Source: Lama glama (Eukaryota). Taken from it: a DNA stretch of 64,000 nt. Made by a program: the position numbers and the translations under genes. The notes beneath the pieces are model-generated. The model worked only from the letters and a program-made list of their open reading frames with translations, searched no databases and was not told the DNA's origin. Shown here one piece after another: positions 38,794-52,400 of this stretch. The DNA lies in the NCBI GenBank assembly GCA_028534125.1, contig CM052817.1:103232001-103296000 (forward strand), in the 5' to 3' direction. Position 1 is the stretch's first letter. Each line of letters starts with the position of its first letter.

Positions 38794-40862
38794 TGCCCCC
38801 CCATACTCACTTCATGAACTCCTACCACGTGCAAGGCATTGCACCAGCTGTACAGAGGCTAAAGGGGTGACTATGGAGCTAAGTCCCAGCTCTCCACTCC
38901 TGACCTGCGTGACTGTGACCATATTACTAACCCTCACTGCGCGTGTGTCAGGCTGAGAGATTAGCAGGAGCAAAGGTACAGAAGAGTGAAAGTACGCAGT
39001 GCAAAACAGAAATTTTTGGATTCAAAGAGGCAGTGTGTCTGAGGAGCAAGAGAAGTGAGGGATACAAACTGGGAGCGAGGGAGGGTGGTGAGAGATTGCT
39101 GTCACCTGAAGCGGGCGTAAGACCTCGGGAAGAAAGGTGGGGATGGTAGGGGAGGCTAGAGCTGGTTCGTTAGAGGAAGGTGGGAATGTTTAATAGAGTA
39201 GCGAACATAGCACATACTTCACTTGGAGCATCTTAATCATCACAATCTCCCTATGAAATTTTATTATCCTCATTTCACAGATGAGGAAATAGGTGTAGAG
39301 GGACAGAAGGGGAATAAGGCTTTCGAGGACGTGGACCAGTTCCGGGAGCAAAAGGGCAAAGCCTGCAGTTGCAGCCGCTGCGTCTCCGCCCTGTCCCGCC
39401 CGGTGCCAGGTTCAGTCTCCAGAGAGCGGAGATCCTGGGGAGGGTGCCCGGGGCTCCAGGTCTCAGTGCACAATGAGCCTGCACCCGTCCTCACCCCACC
39501 CCTCCACCCCGAGTACTGCTTCTTTTCCCAGCAGTTTGAAGGTAGTACTTGAAATAGTGGGCTCTACACTCTCACATCCTCATCCTCTTCCTCTCAACGT
39601 CTTGAACACAACGGTACTCTAAGCATGCCATGGACGTTCTACCGCGGTCCTCCAGTGATTTTATGGAAGAATGTCAGCATCTGACAGTCACCTGTCAGAG
39701 CATCCATTTGGCCAAGGGTGCACATCACACTTCTGAATATTGGCTGAAAGATTCGTCTTTTTGAAGAATGATTAGGAGCTAAATCCTCAGAGACAAATGT
39801 ACAACCCTTCGTGCGCCTTGAACCCTGAACGTCTTTCTCCAGCTCGGGGGAATTTAACAGCCTGAGGCTTTATGTGAGAGCAGAGGAATCGGGAGTTGGT
39901 ACGAGAATTTCTTTAAATATTGCAGACCCAAGCTTTTCCAAATGTCTAAATGTCTTTAGCTAGATTATATACAAAAGAAGGAAATCCTAGTTAATTATGA
40001 CATTGTGGACATTAACTCTGTGAATATTCTAGCATTCATTTAAATTACAATATTAGCTTTAGGCTTTTAACTTATTACTTTAGCAAAATCCATCATAGAT
40101 AATCCAGGAAACAAAGAATCTGGTAATTTTCTCAAGTAGATGCAGATCTATGTACTGTTTTTGCACTCATCTTCATATTCATTTTTGTCTATCTCATTGT
40201 CAAATTAAGATAACTTAATTTAGATAATTTAAAAAGAAGTCTGGCCAGTAAATCTTATCAAAATCTATTTGTACCAAAAGCTCATGAATGAGTCTTCCTA
40301 CTTTCTGGGTGGCTGTTAGCTTGGAACTGTCTTTCAAGTGTCTGTCTTATGAGGGAGGAATTTGGGGAAGAATCCCCTAAGATTTTCTTAGAAGATCCAA
40401 GTCTGCAGTGTGTGAATGTAGTGGCCACAACCATTGCTTCTGAAGTCAAAAGACTGGCCCCGTGAGTCTGGAATAACTTCATCTCTCAGATAATTCCCTC
40501 ATGTATGAATGGAAAAAAGAGCATCTGCCCTAGAGATTAGTGAGATCGTGCATTAAAAGCACAAGTCAGGGCATACAGTTAGTGCTCAGTAAAACAAAAC
40601 CAGCATGAAAGGAGAATTAGAATGTACCAAGTTGTTTAAAAATGTTTAGCATCATTTTCAACAGTAGGTGTCACTCTCTCCCCAAGCCGTGGATGGAATC
40701 ACCTTCCACTGCTAGTTCAGATGCCCATGAGGTTCTAGGAGTATTAGGGGATGAAAGGTAGATGATAAAAGAACTCCCACAGGTATCATCAACTAAACAG
40801 CACAATTGTAATTACAGCCCCCAAACTGCTGTTTGAGATTTAAGAGAAAACAAATTTATTAA

Positions 40863-40885
40863 ACACACACACACACACACACACA
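40863..40885. repeat. (AC)n microsatellite (other simple repeats at about 9405-9443, 11752-11805, 46280-46300, 62172-62187)
   Basis: Read directly from the sequence. Confidence 0.9.
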
Positions 40886-40960
40886 GAAGTATAGGGGAGG
40901 GAGGGATGGAAAGGGAGAATGAAAAGGGCCACAGAAGCAGGTCCAAGTTAGAAACCATGG

Positions 40961-41074
40961 TCTGCAGGAGGGTATCCCCTGGGTTCAGTCCCCAGTACCC
41001 CCTTAAAAATAAATAAACCTAATTACCTGCCTCCCAATAAATTACAACAATAAATAAATAAAATATTTAAAAAA
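40961..41074 (+). mobile_element. vic-1-like SINE with internal deletion of the A-box region
   Basis: GGAGGGTAT is joined directly to CCCCTGGGTTCAGTCCCCAGTACC; tail AAACCTAATTACC; TSD AGAAACCATGG at 40950-40960 and 41075-41085. Confidence 0.85.
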
Positions 41075-41099
41075 AGAAACCATGGATTAGCAAGATACT

Positions 41100-42289
41100 C
41101 TCAGCTGTAATTTGAACCTCTTTAATGTAGAAAAAAAAAAAAAAAGAAATTTACTAGAAAATGGCTCCTTATCTGAAAATTTAACAGTTTGGTACTACCA
41201 TATTAAAAAGTTAAAATTATCAACTCTTGATTTAAGCTGGACTCTAGATACTTGAAATTAAACTAGCCCTAAAAAGTTTAGCTCTATTCTTCCATCTGTA
41301 TGTTTTCTAAGTGGAGGAAAGAGCTGCTTCAATATCCTCCACTTTATTAGGTCAAGAGATTTCCCACAATAGGTAGCCTGATAAATACATGTTGAAATTG
41401 CCAAAAAAGTTTAGCAAACAAAGCACTTGAAAAGATACAACTATTCCTCTTATTACTAAACTTAATAATTTGGTGATTTCTGTACTTTTCCTGATAAAAA
41501 TAAAAGGTGACAACTGATTCTCAAAATTGGAAACCAAATAATCAAACAAGAAAAAACATTTTATTCAATAGCTCCAAGTGCAAATACAGCAAGTCAGTTC
41601 ACAAAGTTTCCAGATACAGCTTTAAGGATAATGAAAAATTGCTATACAAAAATGAAAGGGTAAATAGCAGAAAGAAAGCTCAATTTTTAAAAATTCAAGT
41701 AACCTGAAAACCTTTACACTAAAATATTTCACTTACATCAATTCAGAAATGCCTTAATTTAGAGATACCAGAAGTACACTGCAATCAAAAAGGACTTCTC
41801 CAAGAAAGAGAATCACCCAGACTGTTCTTGGCGCTGGCTATTTCGGATTCTGCAGCCTCACTCACACTATTTGGATCGGTGTGGTTTAACCCATGGTATT
41901 TGCTCTTTAAGCAAATTCTAAAAAGTGTTTAAAATTCAGTAAGAGGCCAACACCACTACTAAGAGTTCTTAAAATGGCCATTTTGTATTTAAAAGATTTA
42001 CAGATCAACTTCAGCTTCCAGCCTATGGTACCACTGGGGGAAAAGACATGGATTAATATTCCTTCCATCACTTAAATCCTTTTTGTCAGGATAGCAACAT
42101 GGCCTTTAAAGCTTCCTCATGGACACTGTACTTTAATATATAGAAGTTCCCACTAGGAAGATAATTAAAGGTTGTTAATGTTCTTTTTATCGCTGAGTGG
42201 CCAAGACACATGTTTACTTCTGCTCCCCAGAAGCAATGTTAGCTACTAGCTTCAATTCAGGAAAATGTGTATCTTCAGGAATGGGGTAT
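41100..42289 (-). other. MSMO1: MSMO1 3' UTR (3' end approximate)
   Basis: AT-rich sequence after the stop. Minus-strand AATAAA at 41560-41565 and 41343-41348; ATTAAA at 41121-41126. Confidence 0.7.
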
Positions 42290-42604
<315 letters not shown>

Positions 42605-43943
42605 TTATTTCTGACATGTTTCTTATTTCTGACAAAAGACAAAATTTATTTCTGACAAAAGACAAAAACTCACAGAAAATGGTACATAGTCTAGAAACCA
42701 CTTTTAGAAATTAAAAACTTAAACGATGTATAGAAATTAATACTATCCATCAGGGGATGAAAGAGAAGGGTTGTAATAATGAAATCTTTAATTTTTTCAA
42801 GAATTATTTCTTTTTCTGTTTTAAAGGACCTTTCTCACCATAGTTTGTAATGCCCATAATACTATATATTTACTACTAAATGATATATAATACTAAAAGA
42901 TACGCTACATATCTTTTAGGAAAAATTATATGAAATTAGTCAAGCATTAAGAAGGTTAAACCTAAGCATTGCTGTGTAGCAACTCCTTTTAGGGTTTCCT
43001 CCTTTATTTCTACAAGTCTAAAATCTGATATCCACAATTGTACCTGTTGGAATCACCCCAATCCTTCCCTCCCCTTAGGCTGGAAGAAAAGAGTAATGCA
43101 AGGAAAGAAAGAAGGAGACACCATCTACCACTTCTCTGCCTAAGACTACAGCATCCATTTTGCTGCCTTAGTGATTTAGAAATAATTGCTACAACTTCAT
43201 ACTCTGCTTTCACAGATGAAGTAAAAAGTCCCAAATAAAAATGCAATGTATATATAATAATTTTAAAATAATGAAAAACTAAGATATGAGGCATCTGAAA
43301 AGGCATGAAATACAAATAATCTGCCACCAAATGCCTCCCATTCAACAGAAAGGAAGCGTGTGAAGTATGCGCGTATTCCGAGCAGTCTCCCATCAGTGCT
43401 GGGCAGCACAGAAAGATGGAGAGAAAATATTTACAATGTATGTAACAAACAAGGCTTACGTGGACCAACAGGTTATAAAACATATAACCTAACAGAAAAG
43501 TAGGCAAATGATATGAAAAGATAATTCAAAAAAAAAAATCCTGTTGGTCAACAAGCACACAGACATGCAGCCTCAAGCCTGAAGGCTCCCTGCCCCCCCA
43601 CCGACAGACACCGGTGAAGACGACCGTGATGTGGGCTAGCAAGGTGCTGGGTGCAGGGAGAGCTCTCTGACAGGTCCTACTGGGGCTGGGATTGTGAAGA
43701 CGGGCCCTTTGGGAGGGCAGTTTTACAGCCCCTAGCAAAATTCTATTTCATTTTCTCAAATGATACATAAATATACTCTCACCATAAAAATGACAACAGC
43801 ATACAGATAGAAATGTAAAAAATAATCTATTATTTGAGCTCTTATCCGATGATTATGTTCTCTTGCTTTCTTAAAAATAATAACATTAACAAGATTAATT
43901 TCTTCTGTTAATCTACTTAGAAAAAAGATAACCTATGACAATG

Positions 43944-44408
43944 ATTACGGTGGGTGAAATGAGTAAAGGGATTAAAAGGTATGAACTTCCAGTTGTACGA
44001 TGAGTAAGTCCTGGGGAAGTGATGGACAGCACGGAGACTATACTTAATGGTACTGTACTGTGGAATTTGAAAGCTGCTAAGAGAGTAATCTTAAAAGTTC
44101 TTGTTGGTGGGGAGGGTATAGCTCAAGTGGTAGAGTGCATGCTTAGCATACACAAAGTCCTGGGTTCAATCCCCAGTATCTCCTCCAAAAATAAATAAAC
44201 TTAACTACCTCCCCCCACCAACAAAAAAATAATAAAAAATAAAATAATTTTTTAAAAGCTCTTGTCATAAGAAAAAAACCTTGCAACTATGTGTAGTGAT
44301 GGATATTAATGAAACTTACTGTGGTGGTCATTTTACAATATATCAAATCATTATTTTGTACACCTAAAACTAACACGTCAATTACATCTCAATTTAAAAA
44401 AAAGAAAG
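43944..44408 (+). mobile_element. Older L1 3' fragment containing a nested SINE
   Basis: L1M-type 3' UTR with A tail; 20-bp TSD (2 mismatches) at 43924-43943 and 44409-44428. Confidence 0.8.
44105..44251 (+). mobile_element. vic-1-like SINE in MSMO1 intron 5
   Basis: Full tRNA-Ala-like head; TSD TTAAAAGYTCTTGT at 44091-44104 and 44252-44265. Confidence 0.9.
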
Positions 44409-44480
44409 AAAGATAATCTATGACCATGGAAAAAAAGATATTTTATGCTGCTTTCTACCTGAAGAGAAACCATAGCTCAC

Positions 44481-44635
44481 CTATGGACATCAATAGTTTC
44501 TATCAAACGCACGGTCACCCAGGCCCAGAGAAGAATAACATGATCACATAAAAGCATGATTCCGATGAAAAATCCAGTTCCAAGAATTAGGGTTTCCAGA
44601 GGATGTGCATATTCAGCTTCCATTCCAAAGGGAGA
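44481..44635 (-). CDS. MSMO1: MSMO1 exon 5
   Basis: [51 protein letters not shown](S). Acceptor TTTCAG, donor AG|GTGAGC; 155 nt. Confidence 0.97.
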
Positions 44636-44664
44636 CTGAAATAAAGAAGAACTGCTTAACACAG

Positions 44665-45062
44665 TGTGATGGAGAATTTTACGTGTCCACTTATTGAAGC
44701 CACGGTGCCCAGCTGCCTGGTCAAACACCAACTGAGGTGCTGCTGTGAAGGTCTTTTTCAGATGTGATTGACATTAAATCAGTAGACCGTGAGTGAAGGA
44801 GAGGACCCTCCATAGGGCAGGAGGGCTTCACCTACTCAGTCAAAGGCTTTAAAACTGAGCAAAGACTGTGGCTTACCAAGGAAGAAGGAACTCTCCAGAC
44901 CGCAATACAGAAACCCTACCTGGTTTCCAGCCTGCTGCCCTGTGGGCTTCAGACCCACGGCTGCAGCATCAAGTCTCACCTGCATTTCCAGTCTGTGAGC
45001 TGCCCGACCAATTTCAGATCCGCCAGCCCCCATAATGAAAGCCAGTTCCTTAAAATAAATCT
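44665..45062 (+). mobile_element. MLT2-type (ERVL) LTR
   Basis: Starts TGTGATGGAGAATTTTACGTGTCCACTT..GCCACGGTGCCCAG and ends with GCCAGTTCCTTAAAATAAATCT, both MLT2 hallmarks. Confidence 0.8.
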
Positions 45063-45152
45063 GTGTGTACAATGCTAATATACATATATATTCTAGTTTA
45101 TTTATGCACATAGTTTTATAAAACTATATCCTTTCTGCATGTTACAATAGCA

Positions 45153-45676
45153 CAGTCATCCCTCGGTATCCAAAGGGTATTGGTTCCAGAAATTCCCCTC
45201 AGATGCCAAACTCCACAGATGCTCAAGTCCCTTATATAAAACGGTGCAATATTTGCATGTAACCTGTGCATAACCTCCCACATAGTTTAAGTCATCTCTA
45301 GATTACTTGTAATACCTAGAACAATGTAAGTGCTATAATGCAAATAGCTATGAATACAATTTAAATGTTATGTAAATAGTTGCCCACTCAGACAAATTCA
45401 AGTTTTGCCTTTTGGAATTTTCTGGAATTTTTTCCCTAAATATATGTATTTTTCATCTTCTGACTTGTTTAAGTCACTGTTTGTTTATTTTTGTTGGTTG
45501 GGGGTAATTAGGTTTATTTATTTATTTTAGTGGAAGCACTGGGATTGAACCCAGGCCCTTGTGTATGCTAGACGTGCACTCTACCACTGAGCTATTTTCC
45601 CTCCCCTCTTCCCAAATATTTTTGATCCTCAGTTGAATCCATGGGTTCAGAACTCACAGATACTGAGGGCCAACTG
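45153..45676. mobile_element. MER2-like Tigger-family MITE
   Basis: TIRs CAGTCATCCCTCGGTATC / GATACTGAGGGCCAACTG; internal GATGCTCAAGTCCCTTATATAAAA. Confidence 0.85.
45479..45606 (-). mobile_element. vic-1-like SINE in MSMO1 intron 4, nested in a MER2-like element
   Basis: Reverse complement reads GGGGAGGG..TAGCTCAGTGGTAGAGTGCACGTCTAGCATACACAAGGGCCTGGGTTCAATCCCAG. Confidence 0.9.
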
Positions 45677-46400
45677 CATATCTAGCCACATATACAGAAA
45701 TGTTAACAATAATTCTCAATAAAAATATCCTTTTGTTCTTACCAAATATCAAAAGGTCTAGGGATGTCCTTAATACAATCTATTTTAAAAACTGTCTTTG
45801 ATGACTTAAGGTAAAGGCATTAAACAACTGACTCTAATTTTGGTTTATGCGTTTGAATTTGTTCTGCCAAGAAAGGGATGTTTTGCTGAGCATATCATGT
45901 AATCAGGATCAATGCGGATCAAGGAAGACTGAGATAACCAATCTGACAAAAGCTAACAACAAAGTAGTGCAGATAAAAATCACTGTTTAGCGGGGGGGAT
46001 TTTTACGATGGGGGGGATTTTGCAATGAGGTGGAAATGCATTAAAACTAAGTTAGAAATTGTTTTAGAAGTTTAACGATTCACGGTTTGTTGTTTTGGGA
46101 TCCCATTAAATGATCCTAACATCACTAGAGCCTCTACCAAAGTGTCAGGTACATAATTGTGTCAGGGTAGTGCTCTGGCCCCAAAGACAAAGATGAACAC
46201 TTTCACGTAACATTTTTCCTTTGAGTCTCAATTTACCATGAAATTAAGATACTAAAGACAGTCTGCAGAACTGGCTTTCTGTGTGTGTGTGTGTGTGTGT
46301 TATATTCTTAACAATGTGACAATTTTTTTTAAAGTCCAGATTTTTTTAAAAAATGAGATTTTTGCCTCTAATAGAAAAAAATGCATTAAATAGAATTCTA

Positions 46401-46535
<135 letters not shown>

Positions 46536-47253
46536 TTAGGATGAAAATACTGTAATGAGTATAAAATAACTTTTTCTTAAATGATCTAGATTTTAACCTG
46601 GGAACACCACTTGAGACACTGCATAAAACCAAATACTAGCTTGATCTAACTGGATATGTTAATCAACAAATCCTTAAAACTGCTAGATACAAGTTGGCTA
46701 TCTGATACCACTTGAAGAAGGGTTACAGCCTGACCACCATACCCATTCTAATTCATTAAAAAAAAAAATTCACAGGTATAAAATTGGAGTTAAACAAAAT
46801 TCAAAACTTACAGGAATATACATTAATAGGAAAAGTATATATCTATACACTGTGCATCTAAATTCAGGTTATGTTGGGAACAGACAGTTAAATATATTAT
46901 TTAACACAAATATTTACACTCAGATAACATCTTTGTGTCTATATGATCACAACTTTTACAAATCTCACTATCCTTTCATTTTTTTTCATTCATTTAGACT
47001 TAAAATGCAATTTATTTTTTCTTGGTATAAGCACATGTATCTGTATACATGCCTATAAAGGATGCTATGGAAACTGCTGATGGAAGAAACTCACCTTCCA
47101 ATAAAATATTACATTAAAACGGAGAAACATAAAAATGGGGACATTTTAAGTTTCTACTATGGTTTACTTTTCTACATTTTACTTACTTGCAAAGTTTAGA
47201 ACAAACAAACATTAACCAAACGAAGAAAGAAGATAACCATTAAGAGTATTTTA

Positions 47254-47580
<327 letters not shown>

Positions 47581-50402
47581 CTATGCTATGTGAGTTCTGT
47601 AGTATAATTGCTATGTTACAGTAACTAGGGCCCAGGAACCACAACATCCGCCCCCGCTGAGTTCTTGACAACTGTTATCACTACTTTAAGTAGGTGAAGG
47701 AACTGTGAACAGACACACCCAGGCGTAATAATCCCAATGATCTCAACAAATCAAAACAGCCCCACAGAACGAACAACGCTCCTATCTGCTGCCCACAGAC
47801 CGTTTACTTCTTTTACCAAAAATCCCCGAGAGGAAGAAAAGTGGTAAGCTAAGATCACAGCTGGGCTCTCCCCACTGCTGAGGTGGTTTGGGAGCCTCAC
47901 TGCACAGGCAACTCGGTCCTTCCGGCCATTCAGCGGTACTCGTTCCCAGAAATAAGTGCATTTTTGTTCATGTAACAGTGACAGAATTATAAACTCTGAG
48001 CTGGAAGAACTTTAGAAACAAACGTGTCCAGCGGCTCCCAAAGAACGGACAGGTACTACTCATAGGTGGAGAAGTTCACGGATTAAAGTCAAAATGAGAA
48101 AGTGAGATCAAGGTGAAATGTTCATAAAACCTCATCAGGATATGGAACTGCTCAGCAAGCCATACAGAAAAATCTAAATTTATTCAATTTAAAGGGCTGC
48201 CCTTAGATAAGAGGCGCTTTTGGTTTTACAAAAAGATGGTCATAATAAATAGTAGTTACTGCTTTGTTTTAAATGTCCCTGCTTAAAAACTCAGAAACCC
48301 GCCAATGAAAGTTTTAACTGAACCACAAGAGCCCATGGATGGAAACCACTGCCCATCAGCAGAAGCCCAAAGAGGTCAACCACTCTGCCCAGGATCCCAC
48401 AGGCAGTTATTAGCAGAACTTGGACAAACCAAACTAGGTCTCCAGTGCTCCTGAAATTCTTTAGGAGAGTTGCCTTCCCTGACGAACAAAACAACAAAAG
48501 GAAGAGCATTCAACTGGTAATCAATCTGGAGAGCTGGCTCTGACCTCAGGGCTTCTGTGGCGTTCACAACTCAGTTTACTCACAATAAAATAAAGGAATT
48601 AGGCCAAGATAATTTATAATTGTCTATTTCTACTCTGACGCTGCTCCTCCAAACTTCCCATTTGTGATGGGGACAAAATGGAAGGAGATAAGTGGAAGAG
48701 GGAATAAATGGAAGATGCTGGCTTGGGCTGGCAATGGCATGGTTTTTCCCGAAGAAACTATGATTAACAGATTCGTGGTACCCTAGCTGCAGAAATTAAC
48801 ACAAAAATGAATCAACTAAAAAAAAAAAAATCACATGTGTTCTGTTTACCAGGGCCATAGACTTCAGAAAGAATGTTTTGGTATAAATAACCTTGAGGAT
48901 AATTCCCAGAAAATTAAGATGTATGACTTGAAAAAAAAAATCCTGCAAGGTCTACTTCATCACTTTTTCATTCCCGTGTGTATAGCACCCTCACTTAACT
49001 ATCTTTTCTGTTTCAAAGCAGAAAGTCTTCAGTGTTAGCTCCACCACCAACTTCTTCCTGTACCTTCAATGTTTCAGGGTATCTGCCTTCAAAATGTGTA
49101 AACCTGTAATTAGCTTGTACTGATTCTTTGGCTTGTTTTTAACCCCGCTTATAGTGTGAAAACTGGTCCTGATTCACCTTCACAATTAATTTTAGTATCA
49201 AAAAAGCCCAAAGCCAGGAACTTAATGGTTGTGAAACTCAAGGAGAACATTCTACAGACTTGAAGCCTTTCAATCTCTGTTTATAAATAACAATTTGATC
49301 TACCAGATTATTGCTTGTCTTTTTCTTTCTTTCTCTCTCTCTTTCTTTCGCCATGTTTTATTCTGAAGTCTACATAAACCCTTGACTGAAAAAGATCTTT
49401 CTCTCTCTGAAAAAGTTACCACCTCTGACCAGTGAGTCAGCCGTAGAGGGCCAAGCAGACAGGCCTAGCCAGCCATGCAACCAATCGGCCCTATACATAA
49501 ACTATTGGGTGACTCATGGCAGCTGGAATTCCAAACACACATGAGAATGTAGACATCCAACCTGAAATTCTGCCTTTCAAACCAGTTCTTATTTCATTAA
49601 AAAAAAAAATTGGAAATTTCGTGTTCTTTATTTAGGGTAACAGGTTACCCTCCTTTGGGCCACATCCCATTTTATTCCTTCTCCCTTTACCGCTTGTTCT
49701 TCCCTCCTTTGCGTTGGAGTCCACAGGCAGCTGACCCCCTGCACTCCCCCAAGAGCATCAATGTTAGTACCTGCATAAAGTGAGACTCACTGGGAGGCTA
49801 CGAAGCAAACAGACGGACCAGAGAGGATGCGTGCAGGCACTCCACCAGACATGTACCTGTCTTCTCCTTAGATGAACACTCCCAAGATGCCTACTTTCTA
49901 CCAAGACTGTGTGCCCTCCAGTTTCAGTTTGCCATGATTTTTTAGAAAAAAGTAAACAGCATTAGAAACAATCATGAATTTACCAAGTCCTGATAAATGG
50001 CTCCTTTCTTTAATAAGCTGGTCCACTTTCTTTCTTGGGAACAGTGTCAACCTCATTAGTCTACACATTGCTAGAGTTCATTACTTTCCCTGTTTAAAAC
50101 TGAGAAGAGGCGCTGCATATATCTCAACACCTTGTCATGCACAGCAAGCTCTCAAGAAACATTTAGTGCACTGAGACAAATACCCAGAAGCTAGGAGCAT
50201 CATCATTTTTTTTTAGAATGACAAGAAAGCACAGAACTACCACGATATGTAAAAACAAAACCCTAATAGTCATGATCAAGGTCTTAGCAAATTAACATAC
50301 ACTTAGGGCCTGAGACGTCAAGGGTTGGAGTGAACTGCAAAATAATACTCAAAAATCCCCATAACCTTCCCTTCCAGTTAATTTAAAAATTAAAATTTAT
50401 AA

Positions 50403-52310
50403 CATTCATTTGTGATAAAACCTCTCCATAAAGTGGGTATAGAGGGAACATATCTCAACATAATAAAGGCCAGATTGACAAACCCCACAGCTAACATTAT
50501 ACTCGATGGTGAAAAGCTAAAAGCATTTTGTCTAAGATCAGAAACAAGACAAGGATGCTACTCTTGCCACTTTTGTTTAACATAGTATTGGAAGTCCCAG
50601 CCACTGCAATTAGACAAGAAAAAGAAATAAAAGGAATCCAAATTGGAAAGGAAGAAGTAAAACTGTCACTGTTTGCAGATGACATGAAACTATACATAGA
50701 AAACCCTAAAGATGCTACTAGAAAACTACTAGAGCTCATCAATGAATTTAGTAAAGTTGCTGGATACAGAATTAACAATATACAGAAATCTGTTGGATTT
50801 CTATACACTAACAACAAACTATTAGAAAGAGAAATTTAGGAAACAATCCCATTTACCACTGCAGCCAAAAGAATGAAATACGTAGGAATAAACCTAACTA
50901 AGGACCTGTACTCGGAAAACTGTAAGACTCTGATGAAAAAAACTGAAGATGACACAGATGGAAAGATATAGCATGTTGAAGGATCAGAAGAACTAACATT
51001 GTTAAAATGGCCATACTGCCCAAGGCAATCTACAGATTCGATGCAATCCCTATCAAAACACCAACGGCATTTTCCACAGAACTAGAACAAATAGTTTCAA
51101 AATTTTTATGGAAACACCATAAAACTCCTAGAAGAAAACATAGGCAGAACACTCTGATATAAACTGCAGCAATATTTTTTTGGATCTGTCTCCAAAGGCA
51201 AAGGAAAGAAAAGCAAAAGTAAACAAACAGGCTTTTGCACAACAAAGGAAACCACTGACAAAGCAAAAAGACAACCTACTGAATGGGAGAAAGTATTTGT
51301 GAATGATATAACTGATAAGGGATTAATATACAAAACATATAAATAGCTCATTCAACTCAATATCAAAAAAAAAACACAACAGATTAAAAACTGGGCAGAA
51401 GACCTGAATAGACATTTTTCTAAAGATATACTACAGATGGCCAACAGGCACATGAAAAGATGCTCAGCATTGCTAATCATCAGGGAAATGCACATCAAAA
51501 TCACTACGATATATCATCTCACACCTGCCAGAATGGCTATCATCAAAAGGACCACAAACAACAAATGTTGGTGAGGATGTCGATAAAAGGTAACCCTCGT
51601 ATGCAGCTGGTGGGAATGTAAACTGGTCCAGCTGCTGTGGAAAACAGTATGGAGGTTCCTCAAAAACTAAAACCATATGATCCAGTAATTCTACTTCTGG
51701 GTTTATATCCAAAAAGAAAACACTAATTTGAAAAGATACATGCACCTGCCCCTCCAATGTTCACAATAGCATTATTATAGCCAAGATATGGAAGTGACCT
51801 AAATTAAGTGTCCATCAACAGATGAATGGATAAAGAAGATGTGTATATATACACATATATACATATATATAATGTAATACTACTCAGTCATTAAAAAGAA
51901 TGAAATTTTGCCATTTGTAACAACATGGGTGGAGTTGGAGGGTATTACGCTTAGTGAAGTAGGTCAGAGAAAGACAAATACTGTATGTTATCACTTATAC
52001 GTGGGCAAAAAACACCAAAACAAATAAATGAATATAACAAAACACAGACTCACATATATAGAAAACAAACTAGTGGTTACCAGTGGGGAGAGGGAGAGGG
52101 CAGGGCAGAGACAGAGGCAGGGGATTAAGAGGTACAAACTACTATGTGTAAAGCAGATAAACAATAAGGATCTATTGTACAGCACAGAGTACAGAGCCAA
52201 TATTTTATAATTTTAAATGGAGTATAATCTATAAATATTTTGAATCACAATGTTGTACACCTGACACTAATATATTGTAAATCAAAGACATCTCAGCCAA
52301 AAAAAAAAAG
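50403..52310 (+). mobile_element. LINE-1, 5'-truncated, in MSMO1 intron 2
   Basis: RT motif peptide LLFNIVLEV...[28 protein letters not shown] tail at about 52299-52309; TSD TAAAATTTATAA at 50391-50402 and 52311-52322. Confidence 0.95.
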
Positions 52311-52400
52311 TAAAATTTATAAACCCAAATTAGACAAACATCAAATAGAGTTAAGGCATAATTTAACAAATTATTCTTGGCAACTTTATCAGTAATCATC

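Noticed and set aside
43010..43507. 165-aa ORF on the sense strand in MSMO1 intron 5
   Set aside because: No recognisable domain, composition typical of non-coding DNA, and no convincing splice-site pair.
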